This document shows positions 1 through 35,783 of a DNA stretch of 64,000 nt, in pieces. Both the position numbers and the translations under genes were made by a program. Numbering within the stretch: position 1 is the first letter of the stretch; each line of letters opens with the position of its first letter. The stretch lies in the NCBI GenBank assembly GCA_051294375.1, contig CM119264.1, forward strand, positions 17,857,157 to 17,921,156, read 5' to 3'. Under the pieces are notes generated by a model. That model worked only from the letters and a program-made list of their open reading frames with translations. It was not told where the DNA came from and did no database searches. Source of the stretch: Paraspadella gotoi. Its lineage: Eukaryota > Animalia > Chaetognatha.

Positions 1-837
1 AAGAGAGAGAGATCGAGAGATAAGAGAGAGAGAGGAGAGGAGAGAGAGAGCAGAGACAGAGAAACAGACCAGAGAGACGCCCAAGTTTTTGGACCCACCC
101 TCAAGTTGAACTCCATTAACCGAGTTTTAACCCAAATTAAAATCTCGGTTTGAAATTCAATGATGAAATGAAAACGAGGCGATGATAAAATATAAAGTGA
201 CAGAAACGGCGGAAAGCGTGTCGTAATACGAAAGATGCAACGTCGAATGGCGAGGACGTTAGGAACGACAACGGCTAAAAAAAAAATACAGAAAACCGTT
301 TTACAATGAGAGGAGAGCGCGGATAAAGAGTATTGAAAAACTAGAGCAACAACGACGATGATGACGAATCCGTCACGCGAATCGAGAGAAAAAGGGGATG
401 GAATCGAGAATGGTGAGTTTGCGCCTCGCGTGAGATTTGGCCTCGCGTGAGCGTTGTGTAGAGAGAGCGCTTGATCGTGGGGCAACCGGAGGAAACGAAG
501 AGAAAGTGGCCAAATGGCCAAATGGCAGCTTTGCCAAAACGGAAAGAGGAAAACCGAGAAATGAATATTTTAGAAATCCGGTTGTGCCATTACTTTGATG
601 ACAGCTAATCGTAGAAATAGATTAATTCTCTTCTTTTCTTTGCAAAAGTCTGTGACAACAATTTTAGAAAATAAAAATTGTTGGCCCGCGCAGGAAAATG
701 ATCAGATGTTTTCGGAAAAAAATAGCGAGCGAAACACGTCGTGTTAATATTTAACAGCAATCTTAAGGCCGGAAATTATTAGAGCTTGAAACCCTAATTT
801 AAATGGCGGTTATCAGGCTAACAAGAAAATTGATTAA

Positions 838-941
<104 letters not shown>

Positions 942-1614
942 AAAAATTTGGGCTAAGCGTTTTGGTGTGGCAGAAAAAAGAGGGGGAAAAAAAATAATCC
1001 AATTTTAAAAAAAAAGTTTAACAAAAAAATCGGGAGGTGACCCTTTTGGTAAAGAGCGATTCCGAGGTAGAGGCCTGGCGACGTCGATGGCGACGTCGAT
1101 GGCGACGTCGACGGCGACGATGATTATAAACGGGTTTTTAAATGAGGAAACAGAGCGAACTACTACGTCGGGGTCGGGACTCCGAGGGATACGAGTGACG
1201 CAGCGATAATAAGATCGCGGATGAAATTCCGACCCAAACTTCGAAGATAAGGTTACGAGAAAAAAAAGGAAAAAAAAGAACTCGAGGAGCGGCTGGAAAA
1301 TAAATCGAAGAAATATACTCGCTGGAGTAACCGGGGCTGGGTAGAGTAATTTTCCGGAAAGGCGCCAAGGCTCGTGATCTCTCTCTCTATATATCTCTCT
1401 CTCTCTTTTCTCTCATCCCGGCCCGTTCGACTCGGGAGAATGCGGGGAAAATACCTGCATTTCTCTAAGAGGGCAAATGAAGAAAGCAGAGGTCGCCTGC
1501 GCCGCCTCCGTTAACAAAGCGAAAACGTACTACGTGTTAAATAAATCCGACCAGTAGGAAAAGAGCAGGGTGGGAAAGGTATTTATTTTTTATCTTAAGA
1601 GAGAGAGAGGAGAG

Positions 1615-1704
<90 letters not shown>

Positions 1705-2180
1705 TGGCGAGTTACGCCGAGTTTGGACACCGCCCAGATTTTGAAAACCAATCATTTTTTAAAGGCTTTTTTTTTCATGCTTGAATTTTAATTTTTCAGT
1801 TTAATCTTTGACCCGGGTGAAATATTCACGTTTCTAATTCCTCCTTCAATTGAGAAAATTTTTCTCAAACCAAAATCAATAAACAAAGTGACCCAAAGCA
1901 AACAAACCTCCGAGGTGGAAGACGTCGACGTTTTCCATTAAGATGAGAGAAACGTAGAATTTTTTTTCGATTATAGAATTCCTATTGATAGTTTGTTTAC
2001 TTTTACTTTATAAGAAAATATAATCGTGGCCGAGCGGATGACATGGCAAAAAATAAAAAAAAAATACGATTGGGAATTAGAAATAGTTCGAAGTTCCCGA
2101 CCACCCTGATAAACACTTTAATCTCCCGCCTCTAGCTCCCCTCATCCCGCACCGCCCAACAACCCCGTCGCTCAACTCAC

Positions 2181-23894
<21,714 letters not shown>

Positions 23895-25768
23895 GACTGG
23901 GGGAAGTAGTGTTAAAGAACCAAGGTAGAAACGAAAAGGAAGATCATGGGTACATACAGCGGAAAAGAGAAAAAAGAGGCAGCCGAATTGCAGTGAGGAA
24001 AGGAAGGGCAATTAATTTTGTTCGCGCCCACCAAAAACATTCGTTTGCATTTTTATGGGTGAAAAAATATTTTTCTTTGCGTAGGATGAAAAATTAAATA
24101 TTAGCTCACCTTAAAAACTCGAAGAACAGTTAAATAACGAATATTTTATTTTATTCTATTTTATTGAATTTATGATCCCATGCGTATTCAAGCGTTTTTT
24201 AAAAGATTATTTCTGAAAAAACTGAAGGAAAATTGTGCGGCAATCGCGCGGGCTGTGAGTCCGACCAGCAGTGAGACTACAACGATGATCGCGACCGAGA
24301 TGATGAAGAGGACGATGATGATACCCATCCCGATGATAGAGAGAAAAAAAGACTAAAGTCGGTAAGAAAAAGATTTGTTTCGATGCAGGATAGTTTGTAG
24401 TAGGGAGAATTTCATGGCGTTGGAAAAGACCGTGTTGTGAAAAGATACCGAATTGTGAAAATACAGGTACGATAAAGATGAGAATAGATGAGAATCAAGA
24501 TTTGTAAAGTGACTAGTGTTTTCTAAATTATATCAGTTGTAATTTGACAATTTTTTAAAAAAATTTCCAAATATATTTTGAAAATGTATTTTTTATTTCT
24601 GAAAGTTTCACTTTTAATTAAAGTGATGCGCATTAAGCTGGTCCCGCATTTCCAGATGATCGCGTTGACACATTCTAAACGAATATGAAAGATATGGTTG
24701 ATTAAATATAACCCTGCTGTAAAGAACTAAAACAACAAAGTATTGTGCAATCTTCACCACATTGGCTTTCTGAATACGTCATCGCATTTATTACTGGTCA
24801 TTTGACGAAAAGATTAAGCGAAAATTATTTTTTTGCCGCCTTTAGTAATTAACGAATTTTAAATCTTTAAAAAATTTTTTTTAGCATAACAGTATAGTAA
24901 ATTCAATTATTTATGAAGTAATATCCTTAGAAAATCATTAAATTTCAAAATCTTTTTTTTAAGAACAAATTTGGATTCGCCTTAAAAAATTAAGAAACTT
25001 TTATAAAATAAGTTATATGATATTTTAATGTTGAAACCGCAAAAAATGACTAAAACGTTTTAAAAATTAACATATATAAGTTTTTACTACAGAGAATAAA
25101 AAAGTCATTTATTTTTAACTTTTTCCCATTTTAAATGCTGATAACATGTTTTATATTTTTGATTTAACTTTTTATGAAGAATCTGATTCTTTATTAAAAG
25201 TTTAAAAAAGAAAATTTAAATTTACTATTTACTACTAATATATTGTATTTTACTATTCTGTTCCCGAGAGAATATGAGCAACATATTTTTTGTACTAGTA
25301 AATCATACTATCTCACGTCTAAATATCCTTGTTTGATCACTGAAATAATTTTTTTTGTTCTCGTGTTCTCATGGTACCTAACTTTTCCACCAAGTATTAA
25401 CTCAGACCATGAACTATTATTTGATTTACAAGCATTTAAAACCTACAATGTTCGGAATTAAAACTTATAATTGTATTTTAATGGCAAGAGAATTTAAATC
25501 TTTTATTAAAATTATTTGAAAATTATCTCAAATGAAAGCTTAGTGTTTTTTCTATCATTACTCAAAATATTATTAACTTATATCATTAAGTGAATTTACA
25601 GTGAGCCAAAAGACAGTATCCTTTTGCGCGCTAATCGATCAAAAATAGACTTGACATTGAGTCTCCAGTAACGCTATAAATGAGCCCAAAAACTTTTTTG
25701 CGTTAAATAAAGATGCGCCATAAAAAAAAAAGAATGTGATAGTCACAATGAAAGGTAATATTATTTAC

Positions 25769-26378
25769 TAAGGCGTAGTAAATTTTCTAAATTTAACTTT
25801 AATTAAAATTCTAAAAGTGAAGAACGAACAACATTATATTAATGAACATTTATGTAATAAAAAAATTTATAATAAATTTTACAATTTACGCAGTAGGCCA
25901 TATTTATACTAGTACTAAACCAATAAATGTTAAAATTTCAAAACAGTTTTTTGTAAGATTTTTTTGCAGATTTGGATTCGTCATAAAAAGTTGACAAAAA
26001 GAAATATAACTCTTTTTGAAAAATTCCTTCATTAAGTGGGTCAAAAATGAGAAAAAGCTATATTTTAAGCTGAAAATTTACTTTTTCCATATTAAATATA
26101 GTTTTTTTAATTTTTAACCCACTTAATGAAAGAATTTTTAAAAATGACTTATATTTTCTTTTATCAACTTTTTACGAGGAATTCAAATCTGCAATCAAAA
26201 TTAAGAAAAGCCTATTTTGAAATTTTTCGATTTTATAAGGTTAGTACTATATAAATATAGCCTACTGCGAAAATTAAAAAACATAAAATTAATTTTTTTT
26301 ACAAATTAATGTTCACTGATGGTATGTTGTTCATAATTGACTTTTAGAATTTTCGTATGTAACTTTCACTACGCCTTA
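25769..26378. mobile_element. hAT-type MITE, copy 1 (fold-back)
   Basis: Terminal inverted repeats TAAGGCGTAGT...ACTACGCCTTA, flanked by the 8-bp duplication TTATTTAC; long internal imperfect palindrome; second copy at 52195-52813. Confidence 0.9.
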
Positions 26379-27203
26379 TTATTTACTCATGTGGTATTTA
26401 AAGGTTATGCTTTTGGACAACCGTCTGGATATACCATATCAGACCGAACAGGTCACTTATAAGTTATTCTAACTATTATACTATCGTAATTGTACTATAC
26501 TTGTTGCCCTGTGAGTAATCAAGGCGAAACTAAAAATAAGAGAAAATAAAGTTTAACAAGGATGCATCAAAATTTCAAAAATATAATCATTAACCAAAAT
26601 AAATTGATAAAGATCAACATAATATATTTAATATGTTTTCATAAACTTCAAAATAAAATATCCTAAATAAAAAAGCTACCTCACTTCGAAATGTTTTCCT
26701 TAAAAGAATATAATAATATAATATAATAATAATATAATAGGTATTATGATTTCTTAAAGATATTAATTATTATATCCATGAGCAACAGTATTTTTCACGC
26801 AGTATCTATGCCAATCTCTTTCTTTTCCCCTTCCTCTTATTTTCTCTCTCTTTATAATTTTAAATTTATTTGTAAGAATTGGTTTTTCAACATGACAAGA
26901 CTGACTTATTGTTGCCAACCGTTGGGAAAGATAAAATAATGTGATCATTTGTTCAACGAACCGATCTGATTCTTCTGCCATCTGGTTGAGAGCATCGCTT
27001 GACGTGAACACGATTCTTGTGAGTCACCGTTGGCGTTGATATAAAGAAATTGGTTTGACGGAATTTGTTTAACTATGCGTAAGATGTGCCGTGAAAAATA
27101 ATGAAATTATCTGTTAAAAAAGTTTTGATAAACATTATATGAAATGATCAATATTACTAAGTGAAAATCTTTGAAAAAAGTGGAATTGATCGCGCAATTA
27201 AAA

Positions 27204-30200
27204 ATGGCTGCGGATAATCACCACAGTTGCATATCAAATCCTAACTTTGCGGTGGTATGCTGCTTTATGGACAAATATGGAAACTATTTAGGATTGCCAC
27301 AAATGTCTTACCTAGAACTACAAAGTTTAATGGAAGAAAATAAACCGACGGAGTCCTGCTTGGTAGATCTTCATGTACGATTGTTACGACGAATTGGAAA
27401 GTAAGTTACAATTAGTAGTTTTACATTCAAATTTGGTATAATTTTATTGGGTTTACGGGGCTTTAGGGTTAGGGTTGGCGTAGTTTAAAGTTAGGGGTAG
27501 TTTTTTTTATATTAAAATTTTGTTACTCAAAAGAAGCTAAATCCAAATCGGTAAAATGAAATTTGATTTCAAATGACATAATTTTATTTTCTCCGACTGG
27601 GGAAAGGGGGGTTTTAAGGTTGTTGATAGTTAGGAGGGTATTTTAAAATTAGGGGTAATTAGAGTTAAGGGATATTAAGGTTAATAGTTAATTTTTTTGA
27701 AATTGTTAAAATCCAAGTCGGCGAAAGTACAATTTAGCCGTAAAATTTTACCTATAACTTTTAGTAGAAAAGTTTGAATTTGGTTCAACAACGATTTATA
27801 TTTTATTTATATAATATAAATATATATACAAAATTTGGTTCAACAACGATTTATATTATATAATATATATATATAAAAAATTTGGTTGAACAACGATTTA
27901 TATAAATATAATATAAATCGTTAGAAATATAATATAAATCGTTGTTGAACCAAATTCAAACTTTTCTACTAATAAAAATACACAACGAAAGAAAGGAATT
28001 AACACAATACCTTTTACTTTTATATATAAGTTATATTCTGTGGAACTAAAATGTATTTTTTTATTTTACGAAATTGGTATAATCAATATAAAATTATTAT
28101 GGTTCTGCAGAATCGTCTGTTTTGCGGTCAATCGTATTCCTTTGTAATTGTATTATTATTATCTAAGAAAATGATTGACTTTGTTTCCTAATATATATCA
28201 TTTTTTTCAGGAACGTCGACAAGGAGAGATGGGAAAAGGCAATCGCCAAGTTTTGCATCTCCTATTCGGAGGCCGATTACTGGGAGATCAGTGAAATCGG
28301 CTACTATGGCGCACGAATGGATGTTAAAATTCGTATTCTAAAGAATCTGCTCGAGGCCCAGTTCGACGACAATGTTAAATTCAAAGCAAAAATCAACGAA
28401 CTTACGCCGGACGACCTTAGGTTCATGCCGATCGGAAAGGATCGTCATGGTAACCAGTACTTTTACATGGAAGATCACGACTGCAACGTCCGGATATTTC
28501 GGGAAGATCCTGACTTGGACTACTCGTGGGAATTAGTGGCGAAAAATCGCGACGAAGTTCAGCGACTCATAGTGATGCTACATACTAACTGCGGAACAGA
28601 TTCCCCTGCTGATAAGGAGACGCCCACGGAAACACCCGCCGAAACGCCTGCCCTCACCCCCGCTCCAAGTGATGGACCGCTGGATGATGCTTCTCTTTAT
28701 TCCATTGACTCGGTAAAAGACGTTAAGGAGACAGAAGATAATGCAGAAGACATTGAGCCAAAACAAGTTGAAGAAAAACTTGAGGATGACGTGAATAAGG
28801 TGGAAGAAGTTAAAAGCGTCAAAATTATAGGGAGTCTACAGGATAAAGAGGTTACGACGGATATACTGGACAATGTGAATAAGAAGAGAAGCGGAGAAGA
28901 TCTTAAAAAAATATTCGATCCGTTAGATGTAGGCGAAGAAGAGGGTAAAAATTTGATAAAAAAAGTGACCAGGGACGGCAAGAAAGACTCTACAAAATTA
29001 ACAACGACGGCAATTAGAGATAAACGAGTTGAACCGGTAGCTGATGTAAAGGAGAACCACGATGATTACGGTGATCTTAATCAAGATGAAACTTCTGAAA
29101 TAAAAAAAGAACATATAAAGGATAATGGCAAAACATTTATAAATCATGCCGAAAAAGAGAAATCTATGGGAAATCTCGGTGCATCTGTACAAAAACAATC
29201 AAAAGAAATGACCGAGAAAGAAATTCACAATGAAAATAAATTAACAAATGTTATAAAGGATGCCGAGAAAAGCAAGACAGAGAACGAAGATAAAGAAAAG
29301 AAACAATTAGAGTTTGAAAGAGCAAGGATCGAATATGTAGATAAGAATAAAGAAGATGACTGGGATTTAGCCCAGGACTCATTAAAGTCAGCAAATACAA
29401 ATGAAGAAAAGAAAAACCTCGACGACGGAAAAGTAAAAGAACAACCGGTTAATAAAAATGTAACAGTAAAGGAAAAAGAAGAGAAAACGTGTAAAATGCC
29501 CAAGGTGGAAGAAAGTAATGAAAATATGAAGGAGGAAAAAGAGACAATTGAAAAGACCAAAATCGTAGAAAGAGAAATCGCACAGGAAGAAAAAAATGTT
29601 ATTGAGGAATTACAGGATAGAATAGCGTTTGGTAAAGAAGTTGCAATCGCCAAGACAAAAGAAAAACAAACGGAAAAGATAGCTGATAGAAGAAACTGGT
29701 CGTTGGAAAGCCAACAGGATATCGGGAGTATGAACTTTTCTGAGAAAAAAATACAAGAAAATGAGGAAAATGAAAAAACCAAAGAAAAAAATAAAAACCC
29801 AGAGGAAAAAATTGGAACGGATGGATACAAGGCCAGGGAGAAATCTATGGAAGATAATTCAAAATATACAGAGAGTTTGGAAATAAAAGATATTGCGGTG
29901 ATTCCTGAACATGAAAAGAACAAAGGAAACTGCTACGTAAACCAGAAAGAAGATACTATTCTTTCTAAACCGGTTTCTCAAACAAGTGGGTACTTATATG
30001 AACAAAATAATAAACTTAACACGGATAATTTTATAGCTAATCAAGAAACCAAAAGTAAAACTAAAACAGATCAATCTAACTACCCAACCAATTATGATAA
30101 AGTTGACTCTACTTCCACTGAGCTCGTAAAAAATTGTGAAAATAAAATACTTGAGACAGTCACAACTCGAGTTATTAAAAGTTCTGATATAAACGTTGCC

Positions 30201-33200
30201 AATCCAACTGATGAAATTCAAAATACCGAAACTGATGAGAGCAAACAAGTTACAGAAAAAGTAGAACCGAAAGATAAAGAAATTTTAAAAGATGTGTCAA
30301 ATAATGAGATGTTAGTTTCCAGTGATCGAAAAGAACTTACAGAAATATCCGAAAACAAGAACGTTTTGGTAGTTGAGCAGAGTTCAACATCGGCTGACGA
30401 TATTATGAAAATAGATAAAATGAAACTCTCTCCCGCTGCAGCGGATCAAAAGCCTTTCCAGGAGGTTATTTGGACATCCGATACAGTCGATTCAATTAAT
30501 TTAAAAACAGCTTTTTCAAAAAAAAGGAAACAAGGAAATTCCGATAGCGTCAATGAAGAAAGCTGCTTGGAAAAAGAAACAGAACAACTTGGTAAATCTA
30601 GAAAACTAGATATGCTTAAAAGTGCAAAAACCGTTCATGAGAAGAAGATAAATGAACGGAAAACTGAGTATTTAGAATCAATTGAAAGCGAAATAATTAT
30701 TAAAGAATATACTGAAGAAAAAGATATGGATAATGTAATTAATAAAACTATGGATGATATGTTAAATTCAGTTGTTCAGATAGAAAGTTCTGAAAGTGAA
30801 AAAATTATTGAAATAAAAGTAAGTGTCGATAAAGAAATTTTAAATGATGCTGGTAAAAAGAATCAAGACCAATCAAAGGGAATTAACAAAAAAATGGATA
30901 TGATCATTGAGCATCAACAAAATAATGGAAAAGATGGAACTTCGAAAGGGAGTTTAAAACGAAAAGCAGGTGATTCACCCACAAGCGAAGAAAGTTTTGA
31001 GGGTGAAAAAAAGGAAAATGGCCAACGACCCATCCACACTCCAGCCAAAAGAGCAAGGGGTGGGTTTGCAAGAAGAACTAAAAAAATTTCAAAAGCAAAT
31101 GAAAGAATTTGTGAATCTGATAGCTCTAACTCAAGTGAAGAGGAAAATAATCTTGAACGGGGAAGACCGCAAAAAAAAATTAAAGGGAAAAATATCACTG
31201 ATGACGAGTCTAAATCCTCTTTAAAAAATAGAAATAAAGATAAGGAAGAGAATTTGACCAAGCGTCAAGCCTTAGCGTTAAGTTTGTCAAAAAAGGATAA
31301 TGGAAGAAAAAGAGGTAGGCCACCTTTAAAAAGGGATTCCTCCTCTGATCATGGTTCTTCAAGTGAAGGAAATCAAGATCACACAAGAAACGTAAAAGAT
31401 AATAGTGAAAGTGAAAATGAGTCCAGTGAGGAAATAGAAGACGACCCTTATGATACCGATTACAATCCTACAAAAAAAAGAGTGAGAGGATCTACTAGGG
31501 TAAAATATCAATCTGAAGATGACTCTGAAGGTAGTGGAGTTCTAAATGATGACACTCCTTGTGGGAAGTGTGGATTGTTTAATCATCCGGAACTTATTCT
31601 GTTGTGTGACTCTTGTGACGCAGGATATCATACAGCTTGTTTAAGACCACCACTGTTCTTTATTCCTGATGGTAATTGGTATTGCCCTGCCTGTGAACAT
31701 AAAACACTTTGCGATAAATTAAATGAAAAATTACATTTGTTAGATCAAAATCTTAAAAAAATGAGTACACTTCAATGTCGAAAAAAAAGATTGGAATATG
31801 TAGGTATAAGCTTAAGCAACATCTTGCCTGAAAGTGAAGATGATGTTAATGAAGAGAAAAATAATGCAAAACAGGAATCTAGCAATGAGTCGAGTGAAGA
31901 AGATAGTCTCACAGAAGAACTTTCCTATAAAACAAAAAAGAAAAGGCACAAAAGCCAAACTTCGGATGTCTCTGAAAGTGAAGACAATCGCTTTGTTAAA
32001 AAATTAACTGGTCCAAGATCAAAAAGAAAAAGACAACAAGTAAATTACAAATTTAATGACTATGATGAATTATTGGATGATGCTATAGAAGAGGGAACTG
32101 AATGGGTTTGGGAGGATGAAGATGGAAACCCAATAGAAAGGCAAAGAGATCTTGGAAATTACAGAAGAGACAATTGTCAAGACGATGCAGTACAATCTGG
32201 TAAAGGTCGTGGAAAAGACATAGAAAATTTCTTGGAGGAATATGAAAGGAAAAAAGAAAAGGAAAAGGAAGAACAGGAAAGAGAATCCAGGAAAGGCTAT
32301 AAAAAAATTGAAGATGATTTTGAAAAAGATGAAAAGGAATCATCAGAAGAGGAAGTTAAAGGTCGTCCGAGATCTAACAGGCCATCTTTGAAAATTTGTA
32401 AAAAAAGAAGAGGTTTGACAAGACTAAGTGACTCTGAAAATGAGGATGATGATGATGAATCCTTTGAAGAATCAAGTGACGATTCTGAAGAAAGTGAACC
32501 AGTTGATGAGTCCGATTCAAATACTCCAATATCAGAGTCTGATAGCGATTTAGATTTTAACCTAAGAAAAAAGAAAAAATCTAAAGGAAGACCCAACAGA
32601 TCAAGGAAGCGTAATAAGTGGGATGATTTTGTTGTTGGGGATGAATATGACAGTGAGGAGGAAGCAAAAACATCTGAAGAGTCAGATGACTCTGATCTAG
32701 ATACAAGAAAACGACGAGTAGCAAGAAGAGTAAATTATAATGAAGATGATTCTAACTCAAATTTTTCAAGCGATTCCGCAAATTGGAAGAAATTAAAAAA
32801 GAAAATTGGTTCTAAGAAGTATAAGACTACAAAGAAGTTAAAGCCTATAAAACATTCAAGCGGTGAGAGTGAAACTGATTGGTCTCAAGATTCTGAAAAT
32901 GAAAAACAGAAGTGTAAAGCCCCGGTTAAATCGCGAAAGACAGCAAGAATTGTTTCGGATGAGGATGAAAATATCAATAAAGAACCTTCAAAAGAATCAA
33001 GTGAAGATAGCGAGTTTGATCCAGCTACAGCAAAACGTAAGGCCAAAGCAAAAGTAATTAAGAAGCCTAAAAAAAAACCTTCAAAGAAGGCAGCAAATTC
33101 TTTAAGCAAAAAACCGAAACAAGACGGTGAAAGAAAATCTAATAAGGAACCTGTTCAACCATCAAGAGTTTCTCAACGAATAAGAAAACCAGTCAACCTA

Positions 33201-33893
33201 GCGGAGTTTTATGATTCTGATGATAGTGATTCTAATTCAGCTCAGGCACCAAGTAAATCGAAAGGAAGCAATTTACAAACTGATCCTTCTGACAAAAACA
33301 AACAAACAACGCAATCACCCGAAAAATCCTCTAAACTTACGGAGTTTTCCCACTCGCCCACAGAAAATAATGTGCCAGTTGCCACTCGAAGTTTTTTAGG
33401 AACGGAAAACTCATCAAAACCAACTTCTTGGTCTCGCCATGGGGTTGAATGTGATAATTTTGAAAAAACTCAAGCAAAACAAACTGTTTCAAACGAGAAA
33501 ACTTCTGTTAAGCTAAATGACCTGAAAATGGGGACAGAAAAATCTTTTTCCAGTCTCGAGCCAATTCAATACCATCCCCCCTCCCAAGTTTACCCTACCC
33601 CGGACGTACAGAGGGTGTCTCATCAACATGGCGACGCATATCCCGCCTCTTTTCATCGCCCACCTTTTCCGGAACCAACATCAAGAAACAGAACATTTAT
33701 GATAGCCAACCTTTTAAAGACTGATTCTCAAAGTCAATCGAAACACGAAGCTGCGAATACACCAATCATAACTCCAAAACCTGCAACAAAAGCAAACTCA
33801 GTTGCCGCTGCCGTTGCTGCTTCATCAAACGATGATGATGAACTGTATAATGTCACGGATATTGTGTCTTTTATTACTGGATCCAATTTGTGA
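27204..33893 (+). CDS. RSF1: Remodeling and spacing factor 1-like (ISWI partner; DDT/WHIM-like N-terminus, PHD finger)
   Basis: Exon 1 27204-27400 (SNPNFAVVCCFMDKYG...LVDLHVRLLRRIGK) joins in frame to exon 2 28211-33893 (RWEKAIAKFC, LKNLLEAQFDDNVKFK, LRFMPIGKD). PHD finger CGKCGLFNHPELILLCDSCDAGYHTACLRPPL..IPDGNWYCPAC, followed by RLEYVGISLSNIL. Confidence 0.88.
27761..27972. repeat. AT-rich inverted-repeat element (MITE-like) in the RSF1 intron
   Basis: About 40-bp arms TTAGTAGAAAAGTTTGAATTTGGTTCAACAACGATTTATA and its reverse complement, with two further internal copies of the AATTTGGTTCAACAACGATTTATA unit. Confidence 0.75.
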
Positions 33894-35783
33894 AATATGT
33901 TCGAAAAAAGATCTTGTCAATTCACTCGTATATTAACAAAATGATCCCATTGATAATTTTCTTCCATGTGATGATTAGATAGTATCAAAAATGATTGCCC
34001 CGAATTCAAAAAGTATTTTGTTTTTTTATTGATTTCTTTATTTTTCGTTTCAATGCCTTTAAGAGAAATTCGTGTGAACCGGAAATGTTGAACCACTCGC
34101 CATTACTGAAATGTAAACATGTTGCATCTACGGCCGTGACTTTTCTATATTTATATGATTGTGTTGTTAGCCATGAAATGATTAAATATAAAAAAAATAT
34201 TTTATATGGAGACAATTATTTATAAGACTAAAGCTATGTACTCATTCGAATTTGATTCCAGTGTTGAAAGATTACATGCAAAACTAGGATCTGGCGTAAT
34301 TCTTGGGAAGATTTGCCGTTTTAATAATCGTTTTCTCAGTAGCATTCTCTTAATGTCAGGTTTTGTTTTAGTAAAAGTTCAAATTTTAATTTAGAAACTA
34401 ATTCCTATACTTGTCATTTTTGAAAATACTTAGTGGAAAATAACTAAGTCTCGCAATCGCTATCAGAATCATATCTTCAAACGAATTGGCTGAAAAAAGT
34501 TTCTCCCTATAAATTATAATCTTAGACATCCAACTTGAATCGATTGCTGGGACTGGAGAAATCCACACTTAATTACCTTGCTTTCTCGCTTCTTTTTTCT
34601 CCCGACGGAAGCAAAGCAGCGCGGCTTGATCCCAGTCTGACGCGGCCGCTGCTGTAACTGCTGCGGCGCTTTCCACGCGGATTCATACCTATCAGACTTC
34701 CTTGTCTGCATGAATCACAGTAGCAAATTTTCTCTTCCTTCTTCACATGACTGACATAACCGGCTCTCACTTCGACACAATGCGTTTCGGACGGATGTTT
34801 TTCACGCAGGCGGAGGGAGGGCCTTATTTTTAAATGGCGCATTTAACTTTCCCAGCTCTAATACGCTTGAATGAAAAATTCATTGAACAGAATGAAGTAC
34901 AGATCTAAAAATAGATTCCAATTTAAAGTTAATCTTTGATAAGTGGGTTACATAGCTAGCTTTTTACGGTTAGAATTGTTAATAAAGTTATTATCAGAAG
35001 TATCAGTTTGGCTTATAATCTTCGCCGACAGCTCCTCTGCCCCCTAAATTTCGAATCTTCTACCTCGGAACATTCTCCCCGGACAAAGACGCATTTTACT
35101 CTTCCCAGCGAAACAAAGAACCGTTGGGTTTTTTCGGCTATAGGGGTTCGGAGATCGAGGCACGAAAAGGAGCGATATTCGGTACACAAAGAACTCAGCA
35201 TTTCTCTTGGCTAAACCTCGTGCTTGTCGCTCTTGCTCTCGGATCACATCCAGAGAGAAGAAACTGGTTTCCTTGTTCCTCTAGGAAAAAGCAGGATTCA
35301 TTTTATCGAGTAGATGAGAGGAACTTACACTACATTGAAACGTGAGAAAGATAGAAAAGATTAAAGTTTTTTAAACCAAATGGTTTGGTGCAAATTAGCT
35401 CAGATATAACAAACTATCGTAAACCGAACCTATAAATAAACTAATAATAAAAGGTATGTACGTTTCTTTTTCACTTTTGGTTTGCAAGATATCCGAACGT
35501 GAATTTCATATTCCTTATAGTGATGCTAGAATATGACACATTTGAGCACAAATATTGCGTTTGTATACGATACAAAACTGGAGGAACTCCAAAAACTAAA
35601 TCAAAATGAGTTATGGCACTCATATCTGACGGAAGTACAAGGAAAATGGTTGAGGACCACATGACGGTGGTAGTATCGTTAGAAAAGAACAAAAATTATA
35701 TCGCAATGACGTTATTTTTATAAACTCTCGACTTAGTAACTCGTGGAGCACATAGTGATAGTAAGTTTCTTCTTGAAAAGGTT

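Noticed and set aside
27450-27690. Interstitial telomere (TTAGGG-like)
   Set aside because: Highly degenerate, and similar interiors occur in dispersed elements at about 51950-52110 and 57040-57110.
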